Source: Candidatus Latescibacterota bacterium (GTDB taxonomy: Bacteria > Latescibacterota > UBA2968 > GCA-2709665). From it: a DNA stretch of 64,000 bases. The stretch lies in the NCBI GenBank assembly GCA_965248435.1, contig OZ252100.1, forward strand, positions 1,792,001-1,856,000, read 5' to 3'. The notes beneath the pieces were generated by a model. It had not been told where the DNA came from. It made no database searches and was given only the letters and a program-made list of their open reading frames with translations. The position numbers were made by a program, and so were the translations under genes. Shown here piece after piece: positions 8,868-19,400 of this stretch; position 1 is the first letter of the stretch, and each line of letters starts with the position of its first letter.

Positions 8868-11800
8868 CTACTTGAGCAGCATCAGTTTCCGAACGGCCTT
8901 GAAGCCCTCGGTCTGCAGCCGGTAGAAGTAGACCCCACTGGCCACCTGCCGGCCAAAGGCATCCTGTCCACTCCAGCGCATCCGATAGCGACCCGCCGCC
9001 TGCGCCTCGCTCACCAGCGTGTTCACGAGCTGTCCCATCACGTTGTAGATCTCCAACCGCACCTCGGACCCCTCAGCCAGATCGTAGCTGATCGTCGTTT
9101 CGGGGTTGAACGGGTTGGGATAGTTCTGGGAGAGCGCGAACTCAGCAGGCACCAGCCGCACTTCCAGGGCCTCGTTCATGTGTATTGGGTTCGTCAGGTG
9201 GTCCGAATCGAACAGCACACCTTCGAAGATCTCGAACCGTGCGTCCTCGAACTCACCCGTCTTCGGACGGAAGGTCAGCACCGCGAGCGATCCCTCGCCC
9301 GAGGCTGCCTGCCCTTCACCGATCGCGCTGGCCAGCGTGATCTGGTCCGGCCCTTCCTGATGGACCAGGAAGAGCGGAGCCGTGGCTCCAGAGCTCGTCA
9401 ACATGTCTCCCTCCGGGCTCTTCGCCTCCACGAACTCATACCGGTCGGCGTCGTAGCGCACCGTCAGCCCCCAGCCCTGCACGGCCTCGGCCTGAGACAG
9501 GTCTGCACTGAGGGTAATCACCTTGCCGATCCGCGCCTTGCCGTCCACGTTCAGGGAAAGCTCGGCATCCCGGTTCACCCCGGGAGCGCTGGCAGCCTTG
9601 ACCAGCCGCCTGGAGGCGGGTGCATCTATGGCCACCCGGCCGAAGTCCTGGGTGAAGATCAGGAAGTCTGCGAAGTTCACCTGGTCGTCTCCGTTCAGGT
9701 CTGCCCTGATGTCGAAGACCGGGTCGCCGGCGTTCGTGCCGAAGCACTTCGCGACGATCAGGAAGTCGTTGAAGTCGACCTTGGAGTCCACATCGGGCAG
9801 GATCAGCCCGCGGATCTCACTGCCCTTCGCGTCGTGATACACGATCGGATCGTCGGAGATCACGACGGTAACTTCACCCTCAAACTTGGGCTTGTGACCG
9901 GCATGCTCCACGTCGATCAGCATCGCGTCGCTCAGGGTCAGTCGCGCCTCTGTGGAACGGCTGAGCGTACGGAACCTGACCGTGGCCAGCGTCCCATCGC
10001 CCGATGCGCCCACAGGCGTCCGGCCGATGATCGAGTTCACTAACCCGATCTCGCCCTTGAGGATCCTTCCTGACATATCGGTCAGGTAGTTCTCCAGCAG
10101 GGATCCGTTCGACGTCAGGCTCTCGAACGCCAGCTTCGACGGATCATACTGGAGGTGCACCTCGTAGGTACGCACCGCCTTCGCACCGGTCAGCTCGACG
10201 GTCACGTCGAACGCCTCTCCGGCCTTCACTTCGCCTTCGGGCAGATTCGCCAGGGTCACCATCGCCTCGGCATTGTCGCCTTCCGGCAGGGCCTGCTTGA
10301 AGACCGGGAAGACCGGCTTGATCTTGTTCGTACCGGCGAGGATCAACTGAGACGTCCGGTTCGCGGTCGCGAAGTCTTTGTCCGTCGCGTTCACGATGTT
10401 GTCCCGGTTGATGTCCGCAAAGGTGTTGAAGTTGGCCTCTCCGGGCTGTGTGAAGAGCGCGGCATTGATCGCATTGATGTCCGGATCGCCGATCTGGTTG
10501 TCCGGTTTGCTCGTGCCCGTGCTGTCGGAGAAACCGGCTGCATCCCCGGCCACCAGGGCGGTCCGCTGGACGCCTTCCCCGTCTCTCGTCGGCAGTAATG
10601 CGCTCAGATCGAGACCGGGTTCGACGTTCAGTGTATCGTGTCCGACCAGGTGCCTCGGCACGAACGCCGTGAGAATAAAGCGTCCGGAAGGCACGTTGGT
10701 CAGCGTGAACTTGCCGTCGAAGTCGGTGGTCTGCACCTGCACACCGAACTGATCGGGATTGATGTCCTGCAGCTCGAACAGCGCGTCCGAAATCGCAGAG
10801 AAGCTGCCCACTTCACGCAGTACGAAGGTCACCGAATCGGCCGAGTTCGACCTCCCCTGAAGGGGCACGGTGCCCGAAACCTGCGAGCGAGCGTTGATCG
10901 TTACAGATGTGGGCTGCGGCACGAAGGCACTCACGTCGACGAACAGCGAGTCCAGCATCTTCGTAATCCGCGTACCGCTGTTGTCCAGGCTGATCGTGGT
11001 ACTCACCGTCGAGGCGGTCAGCGATTTCGCCTTCAGGTTCGCGAAGGCGATCGGGAGCTGGCCGTCAAGGCCGCTGAGCGGACTCGTCGCAGCCGGATCC
11101 GAGTAAAGGAAGTCCAGACGCAGGCTGTTCCCAAACGTCAGGGCCACCTGGCTGATGTTACCCGCGAATGCCGCTGGAATCCCCTCGCCCCGGGTGAAGG
11201 GCTGGATCCCGGCTGTGGAAGGATCCACGTCCACGGCTTCCCACTTGTCCGCATCCACCGTCATGAAGATATCCACGACGTGGATGTCCTTGCCGGACGG
11301 GCTGGCCTCTGCGACGATCGGGAACTGGATCACTTCGTCCGTTACCGCGACCATTCGCGTCGGAACAATAAATCGAGAGGTCGTGGGCGGATTCGTCGGA
11401 ACGACGCCCGTAAACGTGATCCGTCCTGGAGCCCGGACCAGGGGCGAACGGTTCCCGAAGTTGACCGTTCCGGAAACACCGCCTGCGACTGCGTCGGCCA
11501 CGGTCCCATCTCGACCGTCGTCCATCGCCACGTAGACGAAATAGGTCTGGCCAACGCCGCCTTTGGTCTGGAGTTCTAAGAATCCGGTGGAGGCCGCGGC
11601 GTCCGCCGTTATACCGGTGATATTTTGAAATAGGTTCAATCGCATACGGTTTCCGATGATCACGAACGACGTATCCACGCCTTCGTTCAGCTCGATCTCT
11701 TCGTTCAGCGACCCGTCGCCCGAGTTCCCGACCCAGAGCCTGTCAAGGGTGCCGTCGAAGGCAGCACCGTCGTCCGAGAAGTCAGTGACCGACCCCCAGG

Positions 11801-14279
11801 TCGTCACCTCACCCCAGTCGACGGAGGTCAACAGGATACGGACGTTGTTAGATGCCGTCCTGCTGTTGGGCGAGATACGGCCGCTCGTTCCGGTCGGTAC
11901 CGCCGTCAGTCCGCTCGCATCCTGGTTGTCCACGTCGAACGCCTCCCAGGAGATCATCACGGGCTCGTCCACCGTCACGGTGAGGTCCCGCGAAGGTTCG
12001 ATCACCCGGACGTAGGGCGGATGCAGGAACTCGACGGCCATCTCTACCGATCCCGCGGAGCCCAATGCAGGGTTTTCCAGGGTCAGAGAGACCAGCCGAT
12101 TCTGAGAGGTCGTCCTCATCAGTGCATAGAGGAAGTAGTCCACTCCGGTCCTTGGAATCGTCCCCTCTGGGGAGACATAGGTCCAGAGATCCCACTGGAG
12201 TTGGTTTGCGAATTGCCCGTCCGGGTCCTCAGAGACCGACCCGATCAAGTGGACATCGCTGTTCCCTTCAGCGATCACGGCCAGAAGGTCAGACCCGTCC
12301 GAGTTGCCACTCGTGAACTCCACACTTCCGCGTACGTCGTTGAAGTCCGACCGCGTGGCGTAGTAGATTTCGATCGTGGCATCGTTGTCTATATCGATGT
12401 CACCGCCCAGACCCTGCTCGCCCCACGAGACGGAGACAAACCGCTGAGCAGGACCCGGGTTCAGGTCCTTTCCGTCGGTATCGGCGATCATCTGAGATAC
12501 ATCGATACCCGTGACCACGTCCAGGTCGCCGTCAACTGCAGGGCTGGCATCGAAGTCGTTCAGCGCCCAGAGATCCGGGGTGAGATTCGGTGAATGCTTG
12601 ACGGTCAACTGTGCGGCCACCGGAGTCCCGATGAACGGGTCGTTGAAGACCTGCGATACGGTACGGCCGACACCGTCCGTCGCCGCAAAGTAGACAAAGT
12701 AGGTCGCCTCCGGCACGAAGGAGGAGACCAGATTTGCCGCGTCTCTTACGACCGGATCGAACTCGAACTTCCGGTGAGCGATCGTCAGGGTGTCCGTTCC
12801 AGAGAGCTTGATCGAACCCGACAGCGAGTCGATCCCGCCTCCAACCAGGTTGCCCACACCCAGGCCGCTCGTTGTGGACAGGAAGATATTCATCGAGAAG
12901 TTGCCCGGGTCGTCGGCGTCCTGCGGCAGGAAGAGCAGGTCCGTCGTGCTTGTCGCGTCGGGGATGAAACCGCTGTTGAAGGAGGGCAGCGGCGTCGCAG
13001 TCCCGTCGGTCTGCTGGGAGAAGAAATCTCCGGAGTCGACGGTGATGTTCGCGTTGTCCTTCAAGTTCCCCGCAGTGGAGGCCAGGGCGATCACATCACT
13101 CGGAACCTGGACCACACCCGTATTGTCGAAATCGTCGCCGCCGTCATTATCGTAGTCCCAGCCGGCTACGACGAACTCCGGTGGATGCAAGACCAGAAGC
13201 GGGCCGCTCCGCGCGAGAAAGACGCCACCAGAAAAATCTCCAAGTACAGTTGGGTCGAACCCGTGCTTTGTGCTGCCCGAATTATTGTTCTGCGGGAATC
13301 TGTCCGGCGCTGGATCGGCCAGCGCGTAGATGTAGTAGACCGTGTTGTTCGCCGTCCCCGCAAGGGAGATCACCCCCGCGACGCTGTCAGCAGCGTCGGA
13401 TGAAAATTCATCCACGAAGTCCTCGCGAATGTAAGTCGAGGGAATGAACGTCGGAACCTGTCGCGTCCCGAGCAGGTCTGTACTGATGTTGCCCGCAGAC
13501 ACGTCCTTTAGCTGACTGAAGAAAGACACAGGTCCCAGTGAGAGCGGACGCTGGATCAGCGTAGAATCTGTCGACAGGTAGAAGGTGTAGAGGACATCCG
13601 AGTTCGGGTTAGTCGGCTCGGTCTCCTGGGCCGTGCCTATGCTCAATCCCGAAAGAGACCTGTGGCTCAGGTCGAGCAGGGCACTGGGGAAGGCCATCTT
13701 GTAGAAGCGTCCCCCGGCAACCGTGGTATCGCCCTGAACGGAGTCCGGCGCCGAGAAACTAAAGGCCCGGATCGGGAAGTTCTGGTGCTTGGACACGGTA
13801 ATCGAACCGTCTGTCTGGTTCGCATCCGCAGACCAGTCCAGGGTATATGACGTGTCCTGCGCCGTACCGTCCGAAATGCCAGCGAAGTTGGTAGCGGTCG
13901 TCAGATCGAACTCGATGATCATCGTCTGACCGGTCAACCCCGTTCCGGACAACCCGAAAGCCATCTGTTGGCTGCCGGGCACTGTTTTGGTGCTAAACCA
14001 GGAGACAGTAGCTGTTTGGGAGGTGGCGGTAACCGAGCCAGTGACCACGCTGAACTCTCCTGGCACCGTAATCGTGAGTGCTTTCCCACTCACAGACGGC
14101 GCTCCCGTTAGCGTGATCTCCATACGCTGATGGTAGGCCTCACCCGCCAACGACGCGATGCCGTTCGGCACCTGGTCCGGGAACAAAGAAACTTGCTGCG
14201 CCCAGCCCATCTGGGGCGCCAGCAAGATTGCGGGAAGGACGATAATGACCGCAATAAAACGCAAGAGCCTGGGGTTCAT
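8868..14279 (-). CDS. Giant secreted scaffoldin-like protein A (unique N-region; cohesin - Ig/X-module - dockerin - cohesin - dockerin - cohesin - FlgD/T9SS-like CTD)
   Basis: 1803 aa, signal peptide GWA|QQ. Dockerin-like EF-hand pairs (GDAAG...ADINRDNIVNATD; DSKVDFNDF...ADLNGDDQVNFADF). Cohesin-like VKAGEAFDVTV...LQYDPSKL...SGDGTLATVRF and VRYDADRYEF...SGEGSLAVLTF. C-terminal ALSQNYPNPFNP...SGVYFYRL. Confidence 0.85.
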   Translation of the reverse strand: MNPRLLRFIAVIIVLPAILLAPQMGWAQQVSLFPDQVPNGIASLAGEAYHQRMEITLTGAPSVSGKALTITVPGEFSVVTGSVTATSQTATVSWFSTKTVPGSQQMAFGLSGTGLTGQTMIIEFDLTTATNFAGISDGTAQDTSYTLDWSADANQTDGSITVSKHQNFPIRAFSFSAPDSVQGDTTVAGGRFYKMAFPSALLDLSHRSLSGLSIGTAQETEPTNPNSDVLYTFYLSTDSTLIQRPLSLGPVSFFSQLKDVSAGNISTDLLGTRQVPTFIPSTYIREDFVDEFSSDAADSVAGVISLAGTANNTVYYIYALADPAPDRFPQNNNSGSTKHGFDPTVLGDFSGGVFLARSGPLLVLHPPEFVVAGWDYDNDGGDDFDNTGVVQVPSDVIALASTAGNLKDNANITVDSGDFFSQQTDGTATPLPSFNSGFIPDATSTTDLLFLPQDADDPGNFSMNIFLSTTSGLGVGNLVGGGIDSLSGSIKLSGTDTLTIAHRKFEFDPVVRDAANLVSSFVPEATYFVYFAATDGVGRTVSQVFNDPFIGTPVAAQLTVKHSPNLTPDLWALNDFDASPAVDGDLDVVTGIDVSQMIADTDGKDLNPGPAQRFVSVSWGEQGLGGDIDIDNDATIEIYYATRSDFNDVRGSVEFTSGNSDGSDLLAVIAEGNSDVHLIGSVSEDPDGQFANQLQWDLWTYVSPEGTIPRTGVDYFLYALMRTTSQNRLVSLTLENPALGSAGSVEMAVEFLHPPYVRVIEPSRDLTVTVDEPVMISWEAFDVDNQDASGLTAVPTGTSGRISPNSRTASNNVRILLTSVDWGEVTTWGSVTDFSDDGAAFDGTLDRLWVGNSGDGSLNEEIELNEGVDTSFVIIGNRMRLNLFQNITGITADAAASTGFLELQTKGGVGQTYFVYVAMDDGRDGTVADAVAGGVSGTVNFGNRSPLVRAPGRITFTGVVPTNPPTTSRFIVPTRMVAVTDEVIQFPIVAEASPSGKDIHVVDIFMTVDADKWEAVDVDPSTAGIQPFTRGEGIPAAFAGNISQVALTFGNSLRLDFLYSDPAATSPLSGLDGQLPIAFANLKAKSLTASTVSTTISLDNSGTRITKMLDSLFVDVSAFVPQPTSVTINARSQVSGTVPLQGRSNSADSVTFVLREVGSFSAISDALFELQDINPDQFGVQVQTTDFDGKFTLTNVPSGRFILTAFVPRHLVGHDTLNVEPGLDLSALLPTRDGEGVQRTALVAGDAAGFSDSTGTSKPDNQIGDPDINAINAALFTQPGEANFNTFADINRDNIVNATDKDFATANRTSQLILAGTNKIKPVFPVFKQALPEGDNAEAMVTLANLPEGEVKAGEAFDVTVELTGAKAVRTYEVHLQYDPSKLAFESLTSNGSLLENYLTDMSGRILKGEIGLVNSIIGRTPVGASGDGTLATVRFRTLSRSTEARLTLSDAMLIDVEHAGHKPKFEGEVTVVISDDPIVYHDAKGSEIRGLILPDVDSKVDFNDFLIVAKCFGTNAGDPVFDIRADLNGDDQVNFADFLIFTQDFGRVAIDAPASRRLVKAASAPGVNRDAELSLNVDGKARIGKVITLSADLSQAEAVQGWGLTVRYDADRYEFVEAKSPEGDMLTSSGATAPLFLVHQEGPDQITLASAIGEGQAASGEGSLAVLTFRPKTGEFEDARFEIFEGVLFDSDHLTNPIHMNEALEVRLVPAEFALSQNYPNPFNPETTISYDLAEGSEVRLEIYNVMGQLVNTLVSEAQAAGRYRMRWSGQDAFGRQVASGVYFYRLQTEGFKAVRKLMLLK

Positions 14280-14649
14280 GTTACGAACTCCTTCCTTGGA
14301 CTATTAAACGACCTGATGAAACGGTTGAAAACGAACTGCTCCGGGAGCCTCCGGCCTGCTCCGACGTCCTTATCGTCTCAGCCGGTCGACTCGGTTCGGG
14401 TGAAAGACCAAATGAAAACGATTGTCCGATCCAAAAAATTCAGTCGGTTGGGTCTGTGTGAGCATAGATATGCCCGGCATACTTTGTCTGAGTAGCGCTG
14501 TGCGCAGACCAACCCTAAGAGTTCTTTGGCACCACAAAGGTTTGCACGTGGCCTCGTAGCCAGGGAAAGGCGCGTTAGATCAATCCGGATCTACCGATGT
14601 TCTATAGACCTGAATTTCATTACAACATTCCGTACCGATGTCCTGGCGG

Positions 14650-14678
14650 GTTGTATCCTTTACTCCTCCATGTGTCAA
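14650..14678 (-). promoter_or_regulatory. sigma70-like promoter for protein A
   Basis: Minus strand TTGACA-17 nt-TACAAC, implying a ~360-nt 5' leader. Confidence 0.5.
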
Positions 14679-15159
14679 GTTGCCTGAGTCAGCATCCGTT
14701 CATTTCTGTAACATTCGAGGCGAAACAAAAGGGCATACTTCTCCCACTAACGAAACACCCATCTTGTGTACGTCCTGCCGTGCGTATGTCGCCAGGCGCG
14801 CAGGCGCACTCTACCCGCAGATGCAGTTCAACACCTGGCGTCCCGTTTCTACCTGTGGGCGGACGGATCCCTGCACGGCACCCGCCCGCGACGGCAACGG
14901 GTTGTCCTCACAAACTCCCTTGAAGGAGGCCTTCAGAAAGGTCGCTTGCAGCCTGCCTCGGCAGGCAAAGTGTCAAAGATCGATTCAGGTTTCTTGACGC
15001 ATTAGGCTACTTATACTTGATATCGATGTTGAGATCCGCAGACTGTCCGATGCTTCTGCATCTCGCTCTTCTTCTTAACCTCGAAACATGTTTTGCTCCG
15101 TGAACGTATCTGTCCCTGCCCATACCGACCTTGTGACAGGTATGGTGATGCCCCCAGTT

Positions 15160-15666
15160 GAGCGCCGTAGGCTCAACACCCCAAAAAGGGGCTTTGGTAG
15201 CCTGCATCCCGTACTAACCAGGCAGGCGGAGTGTCAAAGATCCTTCGATCTGATCAGCGGTTGTCTCAGATGTAGATGTACTGGTCCGAGTCCCCGCGAT
15301 TTGATGCGGTTAGCCCTATGTTCCGCTGGAACGAATGCGGCTAAGGGACATACTGCCATCCTACCTCCCGCAGCTCTACTCGGCGGGACACGTTTCAAAG
15401 ATCAAGGGTTGACGAGCAAACCTCGAAGGGAGCTGAGGTCTAGAGCATTCAGGCACAGATAACGCTCGTCCGACTGACACATCCTTGCCTATGCAAGCCG
15501 TGGCTGCATCATCCAGGCCCAGTACAATTCGTCTGTGCAGTTCCGAGCACGAGCTGCAGATTTCTCATTTGCCGGATCCTACGCTCAGTGCTCTTCGAGT
15601 TCCTCCCCCCGGTCCGTGATCGTGTTGTGTAACAGGCGTGACGTCATATATAGATCCATACATCCT
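15160..15666. repeat. Tandem direct repeat, copy 1 (~510 bp, non-coding)
   Basis: Aligns by eye with 15671-16179. Right half nearly identical; left half diverged, with indels. Confidence 0.9.
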
Positions 15667-15670
15667 TAGC

Positions 15671-16179
15671 GAGCGCCACGGGTTCCAAGCCCATAGAAGG
15701 GAGCTTCGGCTGCCTGCATCCTGTACCTTCAGGCGGGCGGAGTGTCAAAGATCTTTCGAACTGATCATCGGCTGTCTGAGTTGTAGATGTACTGGTCCGA
15801 GTCCGCCCCGGTCTGATGCGGTTTGCCCTATGTTCCGCTGGAGCGAATGCGGCTCGGGGACAGATTGCCACTCCACCTCCCGTAGCTCAACGGGCGGGAA
15901 GCGTTTCAAAGATCATTCAAGGCTCGACAAGCAAACCTGGAAGGGAACCGAGTCTAAGCATTCAGGCGCAGATAACGCTCGTCCGACTGACACATTCTTG
16001 CCTATGCAAGCCGTGGCTGCATCATCCAGGCCCAGTACAATTCGTCTGTGCAGTGCCGAGCACGAGCTGCAGATTTCTCATTTGCCGAATCCTACGCTCG
16101 GTGCTCTTCGAGTTCCTCCCCCCGGTCCGTGATCGTGTTGTGTAACTGGCGTGACGTCATATATAGATCCATACATCCT
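15671..16179. repeat. Tandem direct repeat, copy 2 (~510 bp, non-coding)
   Basis: Shares e.g. GATAACGCTCGTCCGACTGACAC and GGCGTGACGTCATATATAGATCCATACATCCT with copy 1. Confidence 0.9.
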
Positions 16180-16488
16180 GCTGGATGTATCAGGGCTATG
16201 GGATTTGATTTTCGATCGGGCAAATGACCCTCAGCGACTTGCCGGGCTTCCAGACTCGACTCGCCTCGCCGGTTGGCCTTAAGCCAGTCGCCCAGTTCGA
16301 GCGCTATTCGCCGCTCCGATCTGGCTTTGTCATTGGGAGCATCGTTCGTTATCTCTCACGATGGGATGGACCAAACCTTCGGTCCTACGCCGCCAAACGC
16401 ATACAGAGTTGCACAAAACCTCTCTCGACGGTCCAGCCGAACTCTGGTCGCGGTAACCCATTATTCGAATAGCGCCTGGCGAATCACT

Positions 16489-19400
16489 CTACTTAAGCAG
16501 CATCAGTTTCCGAACGGCCTTGAAGCCCTCGGTCTGCAGCCGGTAGAAGTAGACCCCACTGGCCACCTGCCGGCCAAAGGCATCCTGTCCACTCCAGCGC
16601 ATCCGATAGCGACCCGCCGCCTGCGCTTCGCTCACCAGCGTGTTCACGAGCTGTCCCATCACATTGTAGATCTCCAACCTCACCTCGGACCCCTCAGCCA
16701 GATCGTAGCTGATCGTCGTTTCGGGGTTGAACGGGTTGGGATAGTTCTGGGAGAGCGCGAACTCAGCAGGCACCAGCCGCACTTCCAGGGCCTCGTTCAT
16801 GTGTATTGGGTTCGTCAGGTGGTCCGAATCGAACAGCACGCCCTCGAAGATCTCGAACCGTGCGTCCTCGAACTCACTCGTCTTCGGACGGAAGGTCAGC
16901 ACCGCGAGCGATCCGTCGCCCGAGGCTGCCTGCCCCTCACCGATCGCGCTGGCCAGCGTGATCTGGTCCGGCCCTTCCTGATGGACCAGGAAGAGCGGAG
17001 CCGTGGCTCCTGCACTCGTCAACAGGTCGCCCTCCGGGCTCTTCGCCTCCACGAACTCATACCGGTCGGCGTCGTAGCGCACCGTCAGCCCCCAGCCCTG
17101 CACGGCCTCGGCCTGAGACAGGTCTGCACTGAGGGTAATCGCCTTGCCGATCCGTGCCTTGCCGTCCACGTTCAGGGAAAGCTCGGCGTCCCGGTTCACC
17201 CCAGGAACGCTGGCAGCCTTCACCAGCCGCCTGGGGGCGGGTGCATCTATGGCCACCCGGCCGAAGTCCTGGGTGAAAATCAGGAAGTCTGCGAAGTTCA
17301 CCTGGTCGTCTCCGTTCAGGTCTGCCCTGACATCGAACGCGGAGTCACCCAGTCGCGAGCCGAAGCTCTTGGCGACGATCAGGAAGTCGTTGAAGTCGAC
17401 CTTGGAGTCCACACCGGGCAGGATCAGCCCGCGGATCTCACCGCCGTTCGCGTCGTGATAAACGATCGGGTCATTGGAGATCGCGATCATGGCCTCGCCT
17501 TCCAGTTTCGGCTTGGCGCCCACGTGGTCCACATCGATCAGCAGCCCGTCGCTCAACGCCAATCGGGCCTCCGTGGCGCGGGCCAGCGTTCTGAAGCGGA
17601 TCGTGGCAAGCGTCCCTTCACCCGATGCGCCTACGGGTGTCCGGCCGATGATCGAATTCACGAATCCGACTTCACCTTTCAGGATCTTTCCCGACATGTT
17701 TGTGAGATAGTTCTCCAGCAAGGTCCCACTGGACATCAGGTACTCCATGGCCAGTTTCGTCTGGTCGTACTCCAGGTGCACATCATAGGTGCGTACCGCC
17801 TGTGCGCCACTCACCTTCACCGTCACGTCGAACGTCTCTCCGGCCTTAACTTCACCTTGAGGCAGGTCGGTCAGGGTATAGGTCGCCTGGGAATTATCCC
17901 GCTCTTGGGGTATCGCCCCCTTGAAGCTGGGGAATACCGGCCGGATGGTGCCGGGCGCGCCCGTATTGCTCGTCGTATTCGTTGTGGCGAAGTCCTTGTC
18001 TGTTGCGTTCACGATGGTATCCCGGTTGATGTCCGCAAAGGTGTTGTAGAGGGAATCCGATGGCGTCGTATACAACGCGTTGTTGATCGCGTTGATGTCA
18101 GGCGCCCCGATGGCGTTGTCCGGAATGTTTCTGCCACTCGCGTCGTTAAATCCGGCTGCATCGCCGGCATACAACTCGGTCAGCGTATTGCCGTCCCCGT
18201 CTTCAAATGACGAGACGGGAATAGGAACGCCGCCGACGGAACCCGGTTCCACCTCGATTACTTTCTTGGCGTTTAGGTGTCTGGGTATCGAGGCCGTGAG
18301 GACCCAGCGGCCAGAGGGTACATCGAATAGCTCATACTGGTCAATCCCTTCCATACCTATTTTCGGCGTATCCTGCACCCCGAACAGAGACGCATCGATA
18401 TCATTCAGCTCGAAGAGGGAGTCTGACACCGTCGCAAAGCCGCCCACTTCCCGCAGAAAGAAGGTCATCGTATCGGAAGAGGTCGTCGCTCTCCCCTGCA
18501 GGGGCACGGTGGGTAGCAGGGTTACCCGTTCAGTGATGTCGACGGAGGTCGCCGGCACCGGCGCCACCCCGATCTCAACGTTATTGCCGTCTCGCATCAA
18601 GGTCTCACGGCTGATTGGAGGGGGGTCGAAGTCCAAGGAGATGGTGGTGGTGATCATCGTTGGCCCCCCAAGCGGTTTAGGCTTGAGGTGTGCGGTGGCC
18701 AAAACCTTTTCGCCATCAAAGAAGGTCAGACCACTGAGTCCGGTGTACTCCAGGTCGAGACGAAGCTTACCCCCTAGCAGCATCGCATTTTGATTAAATT
18801 CTATTGGAATAATTTCCGACTCATCGCTCAGCGTGAAGGGCTGAACACCCGGTTTACCCAGATCCTGGTCGATCGCCTGAAACTTGTCGTCATCGACGGT
18901 GATGAAAATATTCACCTTCTTCACCGAACCCGTTGGATTCGTCCCATCGTCGATCACGATCGGGTACTTGATGATCTGGCCCACTCCCGTGGTGATCTTG
19001 TCCGGTACGACGAATCTTGCGTTTGATGCAGGATTTACCGGAACAGCCCCCGTGAACCTAATCCTTCCGGGGGCCCTGACCACTGGCGAACGGTTGCCGA
19101 AGTTTGTTTGCAGTGGTGATCCATCCACCGCATCAGCCACGCTTCCGTCCCGTCCGTCGTCGATCGCCAGGTAAACGTAGTATTGAGTCGGGCCAGTTTG
19201 CAGTTCTAAAGACCCGGTGGACGATGCATTCGAATAGGCATTGAAGAGGTTGTTCCGCATCCTCTCACCCACGATCACGAAAGAAGAATCCACGCCTTCA
19301 TTCAACTCGATCTCCTCCACAAGCGATCCGTCACCCGAATTGCCCACCCACAGACGATCATCATTTGCGGCGAAGTTGGTAATGGAACCCCACGTCGTGA

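Noticed and set aside
8631-10043. 470-aa plus-strand ORF, and the similar 645-aa ORF at 16273-18210
   Set aside because: Antisense shadows of the GC3-biased scaffoldin genes; their similarity only mirrors the duplicated 3' ends.
14500-14580. c-di-GMP-I or other known riboswitch in the protein A leader
   Set aside because: GCAAACC is present on the minus strand, but the GNRA loop, GACGCAAAGC and receptor elements are missing.
15088-16145. ORFs inside the 510-bp repeats, CRISPR array or IS element
   Set aside because: Indels shift frames between copies; there is no short repeat-spacer periodicity, cas gene, transposase or terminal inverted repeat.
8868-17320. Diversity-generating retroelement (template/variable repeat pair)
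   Set aside because: No reverse transcriptase in the window, both copies are coding, and the mismatches are not adenine-specific.
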